Origin: Pseudomonadota bacterium
GTDB lineage: Bacteria > Desulfobacterota > Desulfovibrionia > Desulfovibrionales > Desulfovibrionaceae
Assembly: GCA_023419375.1 (NCBI GenBank)
Contig: JAEZYD010000030.1
Location: 8,800-72,799 of the forward strand
Length of the DNA stretch: 64,000 nt
Reading direction: 5' to 3'
Shown piece after piece: positions 36,001-44,841 of this stretch. Below the pieces are notes generated by a model. That model worked only from the letters and a program-made list of their open reading frames with translations. It searched no databases and was not told the origin of the DNA. How positions within the stretch are numbered: position 1 is the first letter of the stretch; every line of letters starts with the position of its first letter. The translations under genes and the position numbers were made by a program.

Positions 36001-36574
36001 GCCGGGTGAGGCTGACAATAACCGTGCGCTTGCGTGCGGGCACTGCGCCGCCAGTCATGCCGGAGCCGCCGCCGCGCGGAATGAGCGCAAACTTCATATC
36101 GTTGGCGAGCTTTACAAGCTCGGCCACCTGCTCGGTATTGTCAGGCTCAACCACCAGCAGGGGCAGTTCCATGCGCAGGTCGGTGGCGTCTGTCGCCGAT
36201 TCCACCATGGCGGCGGGATTGGTCAGAATGCATTCATCGGGCAAAACGCCGTGCAGGGCGTCCACCAGTTTGGCGCGAAAGGCGGTTTCGGCCTCGTGGG
36301 CCGACCAGAACATGGTGAGGCCTTCGCTGATGGCCGTGGCGTAATAGTGCGCCAGGGAGACCGATTCCTTGTCATAGCTTTCGCGCACGCTGGTGCGCAC
36401 GGTTTCCGCATTGATAAAGGGGTTGTAGGCCACCAGAAAAAGTTCTTCGGCTATGGCGATGGCCAGGTTGCGCACAGATTCGGGCCATTCTGCAAAGTCA
36501 TCAATGTTGATGCGCAGAATCCTGTTCACCACATAGTCGGGAGAAATGGAGATATGCGGACCCTTGTGGGGCAT
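33023..36574 (-). CDS. Fused FAD-linked oxidase (GlcD-like) / 4Fe-4S dicluster / double CCG-domain (GlcF/LldE-like) oxidoreductase, 1183 aa
   Basis: The FAD_binding_4 part is PRGGGSGMTGGAVP. The oxidase C-terminal part is GEHGIGITK. Ferredoxin motifs are CTRCGKCKQVC and CTACGRCMANCP. CCG motifs are PGCGG, MCCGFP, GCCGESG and GCPSC. GAGGTAG lies upstream of ATG 36572-36574. Confidence 0.9.
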   Translation of the reverse strand: MPHKGPHISISPDYVVNRILRINIDDFAEWPESVRNLAIAIAEELFLVAYNPFINAETVRTSVRESYDKESVSLAHYYATAISEGLTMFWSAHEAETAFRAKLVDALHGVLPDECILTNPAAMVESATDATDLRMELPLLVVEPDNTEQVAELVKLANDMKFALIPRGGGSGMTGGAVPARKRTVIVSLTRLTRIGPVDLEAMTVTCQAGAITQAVINAVDAEGALFSVDPASKQASTIGGNISENAGGPSAFEYGTTLDNLLWWRMVTPTGEIITVERENHPRHKILPDETAVFVVKDVSGGVRNVVHLRGDEIRLPGLGKDVTNKVLGGLPGMQKEGVDGIITEACFIVHPKPKHSRVMVLEFFGRSMHPAAVVVRELVALRNRIRQEGDYAHLSAMEEFNAKYVQAIEYKRKSEKYEGSPISVIILQVDGDDPYLLDKCVGDIVSVVEQQDNVDIIVAADEKEGERFWEDRHRLSAIAKRTSGFKMNEDVVIPMDRIPDFALFLEQINLECTAASYRYALQEVGRLPGFPMEDKDFNREFSQASKAASGDVAATEISDMELAARAEDFLAKLKEKYPHLAKKIDKIREYMDASRIVVASHMHAGDGNCHVNIPVNSNDAHMLEEAEETAARIMAECQEMGGEVSGEHGIGITKIAFFGKDKMDALRSFKERVDPRDVMNPAKLVFRELPVRPFTFSFNRLIRDIRESGLPDKEKLISLLTSIQVCTRCGKCKQVCSMCYPERSMQYHPRNKNMVLGMLLEAVYYSQVNKGRIEESLHKALRDIVEHCTACGRCMANCPVKIPSGEVALTLRALLEHEGAGGHPIKGHALEWLSRDIQHRVPKAAKMASLGQKMQNKFLGFVPDMWKRRLKSPLFSGRGPKMGYTNLYETLKLHRGSIFAPAEPTPGMPCVLYFPGCGGALFYDRIGVSSIMLLLKASFAVAVPPRHMCCGFPLLAAGMDTAFEDNMAQNRQYLASMLRNLAKLGFDCKHMVTACGSCRDGLERLHMEAQFPQLTLRDVGQLTLPLLDKDKLKAPLPEGSKVLYHGACHCEWADVHKIKGQKQIIKALGDFSGAKITLNPGCCGESGMGAMTSPDIYNLLRSRKQTRLGEAFEQGNDGPVIVGCPSCKIGIGRCLINMRDKRPVMHVVEWLAGQVDGEDRRQTFRKKVNEMRGEVRVIDVK

Positions 36575-37026
36575 GACGTTCTACCTCGTAAAGCTCGATG
36601 AAGCTCTTGCGGCGTTGCCGCCGGTCAAATCCGTGAAGACAGGCGGGGCATGCTCAATCCACCCCCTGTTTTCCCGCGCATTGGCGAGCTGCCCAATAGC
36701 CGACCATGCCGAACCGAGGCCCACAGTGATGCGGGGTCGGGCGGCATGGCAGTTTGGAAAAAACTCGCGCTCTCGGCAGGCCGCAGGCCGCCGACACTGT
36801 TCAAACCCAACGGGCAAGCCGAAGGTCTGCAACGCGGGGGAAGCCTTTTCTCTACGTTCTATATTGATGGATGGCAAGTGCGCAGGGCATTGGCCCAAGC
36901 CCGCCATACACCATCCCGCCTGTCATAACAGGATTAGTAGTCTTTGACATTTGGCAAGCTGTAGATATTCTTCTGCCAGACGGGGCTTTTCTGGGCCTCC
37001 GGGTATTCATCTATGGAGTTATCCAC

Positions 37027-37917
37027 ATGCTTATCTTAAGTTTACAGCCAATTACGGATGTTTTTGACTGGCTGCACTCAGCCTGGGAGCGTGCAGCCAC
37101 CCAGCGCCGCGTGGCCCTGTGCATCCTCTGGGTATATCTGCTCTCCCTGCTTGGCGTGGAACTCAAGCGCATGGGCATCCTGCCCCCGTGGCTGGCAGCG
37201 ATTACGCCGCACAGCCATTTTTACGCCATCCATCTGGCCTTCACCCTGATTCTTGGGCTTGAGGTCATGAGCCTGATTCTGGCGATCCCCAGTTCCCTTT
37301 CGCAATCCATGGGCAAGCAGTTTGAGATACTTACCCTCATTTTGCTGCGCAACGCCTTTAAGGAACTGGCGCATCTGCCGGAGCCGGTCAGCGTGGTTGA
37401 CGACCTGCTGCCGGTTATCAGCATTGCGGTTTCCGGGGCAGGGGCTCTGGCCGTGTATATGTGCCTTGGGCTATACAAGCGCATTGCACGGCAGCATCTG
37501 CATTTTATCGCCACGGCTGATCTGCGCATGCGCTACGTCATGAGCAAAAAAATGCTGGCACTTGCCCTGTTTATCATTTTTTTGTTCATAGGCTCCCGCG
37601 ATTTCATGCATTTTGTGAAAACCGGCGAAGACCTCAAGTTCTTTGAAACTCTCTACACGGTGCTGATTTTTGCAGATATCGCCATGGTGCTCATTGCACA
37701 GCGGTATATGCCCGCCTTTCACGCTGTGTTCCGTAATTCGGGCTTTGTCATAGGCACCTTGCTCATGCGGCTGGCCCTTTCTGCAAGCCCCTTGTGGAGC
37801 CCCGCCATTGGCCTTTTTGCCGCGCTCTTTGTGCTGGCCGTGACCTGGGGCACCAATTACTTCACGCCGCTGCGGCATCAGGGCTACTGTGTGCGTGAGG
37901 TGGAATCCACTGATTAG
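37027..37917 (+). CDS. Hypothetical polytopic membrane protein
   Basis: This is ORF 36871..37917. I prefer the ATG at 37027 (MLILSLQPI), after which the sequence becomes hydrophobic with coding-like composition. I recognise no family and the start is uncertain. Confidence 0.5.
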   Translation: MLILSLQPITDVFDWLHSAWERAATQRRVALCILWVYLLSLLGVELKRMGILPPWLAAITPHSHFYAIHLAFTLILGLEVMSLILAIPSSLSQSMGKQFEILTLILLRNAFKELAHLPEPVSVVDDLLPVISIAVSGAGALAVYMCLGLYKRIARQHLHFIATADLRMRYVMSKKMLALALFIIFLFIGSRDFMHFVKTGEDLKFFETLYTVLIFADIAMVLIAQRYMPAFHAVFRNSGFVIGTLLMRLALSASPLWSPAIGLFAALFVLAVTWGTNYFTPLRHQGYCVREVESTD

Positions 37918-37937
37918 AGTCTGCTTGCAGGGAAGTG

Positions 37938-37975
37938 CTGCACGGCGAAGCTGATTCACAGTGCAGGCCTTTTTT
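37938..37975 (+). terminator. Weak intrinsic terminator after the membrane-protein gene
   Basis: CTGCAC (37938-37943) pairs with GTGCAG (37961-37966), then GCC plus six T. The loop is large, so confidence is modest. Confidence 0.4.
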
Positions 37976-38097
37976 GTGGCGCAGAATTGTTCTGGTCGCC
38001 TTGCAGCACTGGACAGCGCAGGCAATCATAACTGGCAACGTGCGCACCCCGGTTGGTCAAATTAAGGCCAAAGCTGCACCATGCAGGTAAATAGGAA

Positions 38098-38125
38098 CCC
38101 CCGATCATCGAAAGATGATCGGGGG
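38098..38125. terminator. Perfect 12-bp stem-loop, terminator-like in either direction
   Basis: CCCCCGATCATC-GAAA-GATGATCGGGGG. TTCTTG follows on the plus strand and TTCCTATTTA on the minus strand. It marks the distal end of the decayed paralogue. Confidence 0.5.
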
Positions 38126-38160
38126 TTCTTGCGTGATCGGTTCTACACCAAAGGCGGGGC

Positions 38161-38310
38161 ATAGCGCCTCCGGCCTGAACAACCATTCCTATATTTCCCG
38201 TCTTTCAGCCCAACAAAATATGTAAAAATCAGGATAACGATGATAGGTCAGTGCGCCCGCACCAAGCCAAAAAAAATTGCTTTAATTTCCTCGATTGTTG
38301 GGAATACCAT
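38161..38310 (-). pseudogene. Decayed, truncated tandem paralogue of the membrane-protein gene at 38332-38862
   Basis: Hand translation gives MVFPTIEEIKAIFFGLVRAH*PIIVILIFTYFVGLKDGKY, against MAFPTSAEIETGMLAGWKEYWPVFITLLFTYLGWLALCRDDGYF for the intact copy. The in-frame TGA aligns with a Trp codon. The 5-prime UTR and SD (GAGGGTTT(T)ACATGG) are also conserved. Similarity ends after about 45 codons. Confidence 0.55.
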
Positions 38311-38331
38311 GTAAAACCCTAACCCCTTAAA

Positions 38332-38862
38332 CTATAAGACATGAGGCCCAAAAATCCCGGTAACGCTCAAAAGGAGCCAGAGAAAAAAGAATGCGGGAAT
38401 CAGCGCTGCAAGCAAAAAAAACACGCAAATGGGCACCTTGAACAATAAGGAAGTGCGGCCCTGCAACCTGAAAATGCACACATGCACCAGCAACAAACAG
38501 ACAAACGAGAACGCAGCCCCCTGAACAGAAAGAATTACCGCACTGGCCGTACTGGGTGTCCAAGTATACAACGTTTCAAAGCCCATGAAAGCAGCGACCC
38601 ACTGGGCACCTTCCGGCCACATTTCGTCTGCCCCGCTCAGAAGGAAGACGGTGACATAAAGCCAGACACTCTTTTGCAGTTTAAACAGTGGCAGAAAAAT
38701 TATGACTCCAACTGCGCCAATTGTCTGAACAAAGTAACCATCGTCTCTGCAAAGCGCGAGCCATCCCAGATAGGTAAAGAGCAACGTGATGAAAACAGGC
38801 CAGTATTCTTTCCAGCCAGCCAGCATACCAGTTTCTATTTCCGCGCTTGTTGGGAACGCCAT
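38332..38862 (-). CDS. Hypothetical small polytopic membrane protein (176 aa) in a low-GC islet
   Basis: This is ORF 38332..38892. I used ATG 38860-38862 (MAFPTSAEIE), preceded by GAGGG. It has about five hydrophobic helices and I recognise no family. Confidence 0.5.
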   Translation of the reverse strand: MAFPTSAEIETGMLAGWKEYWPVFITLLFTYLGWLALCRDDGYFVQTIGAVGVIIFLPLFKLQKSVWLYVTVFLLSGADEMWPEGAQWVAAFMGFETLYTWTPSTASAVILSVQGAAFSFVCLLLVHVCIFRLQGRTSLLFKVPICVFFLLAALIPAFFFLWLLLSVTGIFGPHVL

Positions 38863-39109
38863 GTAAACCCTCAATAAGATAGCGACCTGCAACTGCCAGT
38901 ACTGCTTTGCTGAAGTTCTCCAGCAGGCTCAAAAATACGAAACCAGGGAAAAACCGCTTGTGTTGCCCTAAAAGGCAGAAACCACTTCCAGCAGCAACAG
39001 GCTAAATCCCTTGGATAAAGGTACGTTACGGCCTTGTGTATGGCAATAAAATATCCATTTCTGCATAATCTGCAAGCCATGGCAAAGCCCCGGTCATCTA
39101 CTGAACAAT

Positions 39110-39162
39110 CCCAGAAAAGGTTCGGCCAGCTTTCCCCGGTAGAATACTGGGGAAAGCTGGCC
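39110..39162 (-). terminator. Intrinsic terminator of cydAB
   Basis: GGCCAGCTTTCCCC (39124-39137) pairs perfectly with GGGGAAAGCTGGCC (39149-39162). GAACCTTTTCT follows on the minus strand. It lies 60 nt after the cydB stop. Confidence 0.65.
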
Positions 39163-39221
39163 GTTTAATCATCGCCATTGGGGCGTTTTAACTGGCTGTT
39201 GGAAGGGGAGAGCAGCCGGGT

Positions 39222-40247
39222 TTAGTAAGCGTGCTCGTCCTTGAGGTCATCGTGTGTCACAGGGGCGGAGAAGGTCTTGTACAGCCAGAACTGGTACGCA
39301 AGCACGATGGGCACCATGACCAGGGCCACGCCCAGCATGATCTTGAGCGTCAGCTGGCTCGAAGCGCCGTTAAAGGCCGTGACCGTGGCGGCAGGATCAA
39401 TGGAAGATATGATCATGCCGGGGAACATGCCCGCAACGCCAAAGAAGGTAACGCCAAGAATGAACACGGCGCTGCACGCCCAGGCCAGCCACAGCTTGCC
39501 CGCACCCAGCATGACGCGCGCGCCCACAAGGCCCGCCAGCGCCAGCAAGGGCAACACAAACAGAACAGGCATGGCCAGAAAGTTTGCATACAGCTTGGTG
39601 TACATGGCGGTGAGAACCAGAAAGACCACCAGCAGCAACAGCATGACAGGCCACAGGAAGGTGGCCGATGCCACTGCGCGGGTTTGCAGGCTGCCTGTGC
39701 TCTTGATGGCCAGCCACAGGGAGCCGTGCAGCAGGAACATGCACAAAAAGAACACGCCGCCCGCAAGGCCGTAAATGTTCAGCAGGCCAAGCAGGTTGCC
39801 GTGGTACACGCCCTTGACGTCAATGGGAATGCCCATGAACAGGTTGGCGAAAGCCACGCCAAGCAGCACGCAGGGGATCAGGTTGGCAAGAAAATGCACT
39901 CCGTCCCACAGGGCGCGCCAGCTGTCGTGTTCCACCTTGTTGCGGAACTCGAAAGAAACTGCCCGGAAAATAAGGGCGAACAGCAGCAGAAGCAGCGGGG
40001 CGTACAGCGCGCTGAACATGACCGCATAGGCCTTGGGAAAAGCCGCAAAGGTCACGCCGCCAGCGGAAATAAGCCACACTTCGTTGCCGTCCCAGAAGGG
40101 ACCGGCAGCATTGTACATGATGCGGCGCTCAGACTCGTTTTTGCCCAAGAAGGGCAGCAACGCGCCAAGGCCCAGATCAAAACCGTCCAGAATAAAGTAC
40201 ACGGCCCACAACAATGCCCACAGCACAAACCAGATGGTTTCCAACAT
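39222..40247 (-). CDS. cydB: Cytochrome bd-type quinol oxidase subunit II
   Basis: The 341-aa ORF starts MLETIWFVLWALLWAVYFILDGFDLGLG and contains DGNEVWLI, both typical of CydB. Confidence 0.9.
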   Translation of the reverse strand: MLETIWFVLWALLWAVYFILDGFDLGLGALLPFLGKNESERRIMYNAAGPFWDGNEVWLISAGGVTFAAFPKAYAVMFSALYAPLLLLLFALIFRAVSFEFRNKVEHDSWRALWDGVHFLANLIPCVLLGVAFANLFMGIPIDVKGVYHGNLLGLLNIYGLAGGVFFLCMFLLHGSLWLAIKSTGSLQTRAVASATFLWPVMLLLLVVFLVLTAMYTKLYANFLAMPVLFVLPLLALAGLVGARVMLGAGKLWLAWACSAVFILGVTFFGVAGMFPGMIISSIDPAATVTAFNGASSQLTLKIMLGVALVMVPIVLAYQFWLYKTFSAPVTHDDLKDEHAY

Positions 40248-40249
40248 GG

Positions 40250-41566
40250 CTATACCTCCTGGGCGTCAGGGCCCTTGATGGCGTATTTACGCAGCAAGTA
40301 AATGTCCAGAAGGCCAAGCAGGGAATACACCACTATGAACGCACCCAGCGAAATGGCGACATTCTCGGCTGGAACTGGCGAAACCGCGTCGGAAGTGCGC
40401 ATGAGACCATAAACAATCCAGGGCTGGCGGCCAATTTCGGCCACTGCCCAACCCAGCATGATGGCAACGTAGGGCAGGGGGATGTTCCATACCAGCGCCT
40501 TGAGCAGCAGGGGGCAGGGTTCGTCCTTTTTACGTTGCAAAAAGGCGCCCACGGCCAGCAGCACAAAGATGCCAGCCATGGCGATCATGCCACGGAAGCT
40601 CAGGAAGGTAGGCATGACCGGGGGGCGGTCTTCCTTGGCAAAGTCCTTGAGGCCCTTCACTTCGGCGTTGGTGTCGCCGTAGGCAATCCAGCTCAGCAGG
40701 CCGGGAATGCCGATGGCCTGAACCTTGTTGCCTTCATTGGCTTCGTCAGGCCATGCCAGCAGGTAGAATGGCACGTTGCGCCCGGTTTCCCAGTGGGATT
40801 CCAGCGCGGCCAGCTTGGCAGGCTGCACCTGGGCCACAGTCTTGCCCTGCTGGTCGCCCGAAAGGCCCAGCAGCAAAACGAGAATCAGGGTGAAAGGCGC
40901 GGCCATCTTGAAGGAGGCCCTGAAAAAGTCCACCTGGCTCTTGCGCAGCAAATGCCAGGCCGAAACACCCAGCACAAAAAAGCCGCCCAGCGCCCACGAT
41001 GCCAGCACCGTATGCGCGTACATGCCCCAGGCGTAGCCATTGGTCACCACCTGCCAGAAGTTGGCAAGCTCAGCGCGCCCGACGGTCTCATTGATGGTAT
41101 AGCCCACCGGGTGCTGCATAAAGCCGTTGGCAAGAATAATCCACAGGGCGGAAAGGTTGCCCGCAAATGCCACAATGTAAATTGAGGCAAGATGCATTTT
41201 TTTGCCAACGCGGTTCCAGCCGAAGTGCCACACCGCAAGGAACGTGGATTCCAGAAAAAAGGCCACCGTGGCTTCAATAGCCAGCAGGGAGCCGAAAATA
41301 TCGCCCACGTATTCCGAGTAGCGGGACCAGTTGGTGCCGAACTGGAACTCAAGCGTGATGCCCGTCACCACGCCCAGGGTAAAGTTGATGAGAAAAAGTT
41401 TTCCCCAAAATTTGGCTTGTTTTTTCCAGAATTCGTCACCGGTACGCACATAGCGGGTTTCCATCCAGGCGAGAATGACGGAAAGACCGAGCGTAAGCGG
41501 TACGAATATGAAATGGAAAAAAACGGCCACAGCGAATTGCAAACGCGAAAGCATTACAACGTCCAT
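40250..41566 (-). CDS. cydA: Cytochrome bd-type quinol oxidase subunit I
   Basis: I used internal ATG 41564-41566 (MDVVMLSRLQFAVAVFFHFIFVPLTLG), preceded by AAGGAGG, giving 438 aa. It contains the GWxxxExGRQPW motif as GWAVAEIGRQPW. Confidence 0.9.
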   Translation of the reverse strand: MDVVMLSRLQFAVAVFFHFIFVPLTLGLSVILAWMETRYVRTGDEFWKKQAKFWGKLFLINFTLGVVTGITLEFQFGTNWSRYSEYVGDIFGSLLAIEATVAFFLESTFLAVWHFGWNRVGKKMHLASIYIVAFAGNLSALWIILANGFMQHPVGYTINETVGRAELANFWQVVTNGYAWGMYAHTVLASWALGGFFVLGVSAWHLLRKSQVDFFRASFKMAAPFTLILVLLLGLSGDQQGKTVAQVQPAKLAALESHWETGRNVPFYLLAWPDEANEGNKVQAIGIPGLLSWIAYGDTNAEVKGLKDFAKEDRPPVMPTFLSFRGMIAMAGIFVLLAVGAFLQRKKDEPCPLLLKALVWNIPLPYVAIMLGWAVAEIGRQPWIVYGLMRTSDAVSPVPAENVAISLGAFIVVYSLLGLLDIYLLRKYAIKGPDAQEV

Positions 41567-41814
41567 GTAGGCCCTCCTTGAATATCCTTCAGGCGAGATA
41601 GCTTTTTTCCCATCAAATGGCAAGTAGTTACGAATATCATTTTGCCCGTAAGAGCATGAATTCTGCGGGCTTGATGTTTTATCCCCCTTTTATATGAAGT
41701 ATTGGATTGGAAGCGCCGTGCGCGCCTGCCTGCCAGTTTTACTGGGTGGAGGACGCGCGACTTTCTCTGCGTTGCCGCCAGCCGCGCAGAAAAATGCCGT
41801 AAAATTTAGCAAAT

Positions 41815-41847
41815 CCCCCTTGAAATTTCAGCGGGGGATATTATTTT
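41815..41847 (+). promoter_or_regulatory. Promoter-like element upstream of htpG (sigma-70 TTGAAA-N16-TATTTT; -35 context CCCCCTTGAAA resembles sigma-32)
   Basis: CCCCCTTGAAA lies at 41815-41825 and TATTTT at 41842-47. This geometry puts a transcription start about 20 nt upstream of the htpG ATG. A good sigma-32 -10 (CCCCAT) is not present. Confidence 0.4.
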
Positions 41848-41876
41848 CAACTATATCTTTTTTCAGGAGGTTTGTC

Positions 41877-43853
41877 ATGGCAGAGGCTGGTAAGAATTCC
41901 CGCCAATTCCGCGCTGAGGTGCGCAAAGTCCTGCATATCCTCACCAATTCGCTCTATACAAATCGCGAAATTTTTTTGAGGGAACTTGTTTCCAACGCCT
42001 CGGACGCGTTGGATAAATTGCGTTATCGCATGAACCGGGGCGAAAGCCCACGTCTTGCAGATATTCCCCTTGAAATCCGCATCAGCCTGGACAAGGACGC
42101 CAAGGTTCTGACCATTGCCGATACCGGCGTTGGCATGACCGCAGAAGAACTGGCTGAAAACCTAGGCACCATTGCCAGATCCGGCTCCGAGCAGTTCCTG
42201 GCCGATATTGCGGCTGAAAATGCCGCCAGCGGCAGCAACGCGGCAAAGCCCGAAGACGGAGAGGAGGGCGAAACCTCCGGTCCTGCGGATGCCGCCAATA
42301 TTATCGGCCGTTTTGGCGTGGGCTTTTATTCCGTCTTTATGGTTGCCAGCAAGGTGGAAGTTACCTCGCGTCCGGCTTTTGGCGATGCTGCCGAAGCCAG
42401 CGTGTGGGTCAGCGACGGGCTTGGCACCTTTACCGTTGAACCCGCAACCGGGGATGAACCCGCGCGCGGCACGGTCATCAAGGCATGGCTCAAGGACGAT
42501 GCCGCCGAATTTGCGGAGAAGTTCCGCGTTGAGTCGGTTATCCGCAAGCACTCGGCCTTTGTTCCCTTCCCAGTCCTCGTGGACGGCGAGCGGGTCAACA
42601 CCCAGCCCGCCCTGTGGCGCGAGCCCAAGTTTTCGGTCACCAAGGAACAGTACGACTCCTTTTACAAAGCCCTGACCTATGACGCCAAGGAGCCGCTGGA
42701 CACACTGCACCTTTCTGTGGATGCGCCTGTGCAGTTTAACGCCCTGCTGTTCACGCCCGATTCGGCGCAGGATTTCTTTGGTGCCGATCGCGAATTCTGG
42801 GGGCTTGATCTTTATGCCCGCCGCGTGCTCATCCAGCATCGCAACAAAGAGCTGGTGCCTGAATATCTGGCCTTCCTCAAAGGCGTGGTCGATACGGAAG
42901 ACCTGCCCCTGAACATCTCGCGCGAGACGCTTCAGGAAAACGTGGTGCTGCGCAAGATCAATCAGGTGCTGGTCAAACAGACCCTGGGCCATCTTGAAAA
43001 GCTGGCAAAGGACGATGCGGAAAAATACAGCCGCTTCTGGAAGCTGCACGGCAAGGTTTTCAAACTGGGTTACCACGACTACGCCAATCGTGAACGCATC
43101 AGCGCCTTGCTGCGTTTCAATTCTTCGTCCCTCGCTGATGCGGAGGCGCTCACCAGCCTTGATGAATACATGGCCCGCGCTCCGGAAGGGCAAAAGACCA
43201 TCTGGTATGTGGCTGCGCCCAACCGCGAGGCCGCCCGCCTCAATCCGCACATGGAGCGCTTCCGCCGCAAGGGCATTGAAGTGCTGTGGCTGTATGAGCC
43301 TGTGGACGAATTTGTCATGGACGGCCTTGCCAAGTACAAGGACTGGGAATTCAAGTCGGTGGAAACAGCGGCGGACGATGCCCTGAAAGACTTTGCAGAC
43401 AAGGAGCAGCCGGAACACGAAGCTGCCGCGCCGCTCTCTGACGATGATTCGGCAAGCTTTGACGCTCTGCTTGCCAAGATGAAGGAAATCCTGGGCGACA
43501 AAGTAACGGACGTGCGTGTTTCGCACCGTCTGGCAGACAGCCCCGCAGTGCTGGTTTCGCCAGATGGCGGCTTGTCGTCCTCCATGGAAAAACTGCTCAA
43601 GGTCATGCAGAAGGATGACTCCATCCCTGTGAAGGTGCTGGAGGTCAACCGCGATCATCCTCTGCTGCGCAGTATGCTGCGCATGTTCAAGGCTGACGCG
43701 GACGACAGGATTCTGGCCGACATGACGGGCTGCCTGTTTGACTCCAGCCTGCTGCTGGACGGCTATCTCAAGGATCCTCAGGCATTGGCGGCCCGCACGG
43801 GCAAGCTGCTTGAAGAGGCTGCCGCCTGGTACACGGAAGTACGCAAGATATAG
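41877..43853 (+). CDS. htpG: Molecular chaperone HtpG (Hsp90)
   Basis: I used internal ATG 41877 ([50 protein letters not shown]), preceded by AGGAGG, giving 658 aa. It contains GRFGVGFYS. Confidence 0.95.
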
Positions 43854-43897
43854 TTCTGGCCGGGATGCCGCAAAGGCATCCCCGTCAGTGAAATAGA

Positions 43898-43936
43898 GAA
43901 ACGGCCCTTGTGTATGTTCACAGGGGCCGTTTCTTT
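43898..43936. terminator. Intrinsic terminator between convergent htpG and motB
   Basis: A 14-bp stem pairs AAACGGCCCTTGTG with CACAGGGGCCGTTT, followed by CTTTTG on the plus strand. An A-rich run on the other side allows bidirectional use. Confidence 0.7.
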
Positions 43937-43960
43937 TGCAATTTTCTGGCGAATGTGGGT

Positions 43961-44671
43961 TTAGTACACCACACTGTAGGACATGACCTCTGGGCGGTGG
44001 AAGAAAAATTCCACCCGTCGGTTCATGGCGCGGCTCTGTTCGTCAATGCCGGGCTTGAGGGGGCGCGTGTCGCCGTAACTCACGGCGCGCATGCGCGTGG
44101 GTTTGATGCCCTTCTCGGCAAGATAATGCACCATGGCCGATGCGCGCGCGCCGGAAAGTTCCCAGGCGGAGGCAAATGGCGGTCTGGCCTCGGTGGAGTC
44201 AGCGTGCCCGCGCACCACAAGGTAAAGATTGTATTCGTTCATGAGTTTCAGCACCGCTTCCAGCACCTTGGTGCCTTCGGGCAGCAGGTCAACGCCGCCG
44301 GGGCGGAACATGACGTCCGAATTGACGCGCAACTGTACGCCCACGTCATCCGCGCTGATGCCCGAGGAGTTTTGCGGCACGGCATCTGCCATGAGCATCT
44401 GCTTGATTTTTTGCGCGATGGCATAGTGCGACTTTTCAACTTCGTTGATTTTGAGGTCGCGCGCGTCAATTTTATCCGTGTTCTGGATGAACGGATTGTT
44501 TGATATGGGGGATGTGGAGCTGGAGTCAAAATTGCGCTCGCCGCTGAAGTACGCGGCAAGGCCCGCCTTGGTGTCGGGCGGCACCATGCTGAGGATCCAC
44601 AACAGAAGGAAGAAGGCCATCATGGCCGTAACAAAGTCGGCATACGCCACTTTCCATGCGCCGCCGCCCAT
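43961..44671 (-). CDS. motB: Flagellar motor stator protein MotB (OmpA-like C-terminal domain)
   Basis: The 236-aa ORF starts GGGAWKVAYADFVTAMMAFFLLLW (plug/TM with the conserved Asp). The OmpA-like C-terminus is VRGHADS...SNWELSGARASA-like ASAWELSGARASAMV and NRRVEF. AAGGAGAAAG lies upstream. Confidence 0.85.
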   Translation of the reverse strand: MGGGAWKVAYADFVTAMMAFFLLLWILSMVPPDTKAGLAAYFSGERNFDSSSTSPISNNPFIQNTDKIDARDLKINEVEKSHYAIAQKIKQMLMADAVPQNSSGISADDVGVQLRVNSDVMFRPGGVDLLPEGTKVLEAVLKLMNEYNLYLVVRGHADSTEARPPFASAWELSGARASAMVHYLAEKGIKPTRMRAVSYGDTRPLKPGIDEQSRAMNRRVEFFFHRPEVMSYSVVY

Positions 44672-44841
44672 AGGCTTTCTCCTTCGTAGTATTCTGCGCC
44701 GGGCCTCGCGCTTTTGCAGACGGCATAAAAATCAGCCGTCCGCGCCCTTGATGCACAAACCATAGCAGGTTTTTACAGAAGGGCAAAATATCTGCGCCCG
44801 CACTCCCCGATCAGGGGGGCAGCCAGCCCGTCTGCCCCGGC

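Noticed and set aside
33011-36601. 1196-aa open reading frame on the plus strand
   Set aside because: It is exactly antisense to the 1183-aa FAD/Fe-S oxidoreductase, which has clear domain motifs. The plus-strand translation is Ala/Gly/His/Val-rich with no motifs. This is a typical shadow ORF of high-GC coding DNA.
38871-39080. 69-aa minus-strand ORF upstream of the intact small membrane-protein gene, considered as a third tandem paralogue
   Set aside because: It has no protein-level similarity to the paralogues, no SD, and an odd Cys/Trp-rich sequence. Only a few nucleotides around its stop resemble the other junction.
39231-40301. 356-aa plus-strand ORF
   Set aside because: It is antisense to cydB. 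Its translation is Gln/His/Gly-rich and non-protein-like.
42162-43658. 498-aa minus-strand ORF
   Set aside because: It is antisense to htpG. This is a shadow ORF.
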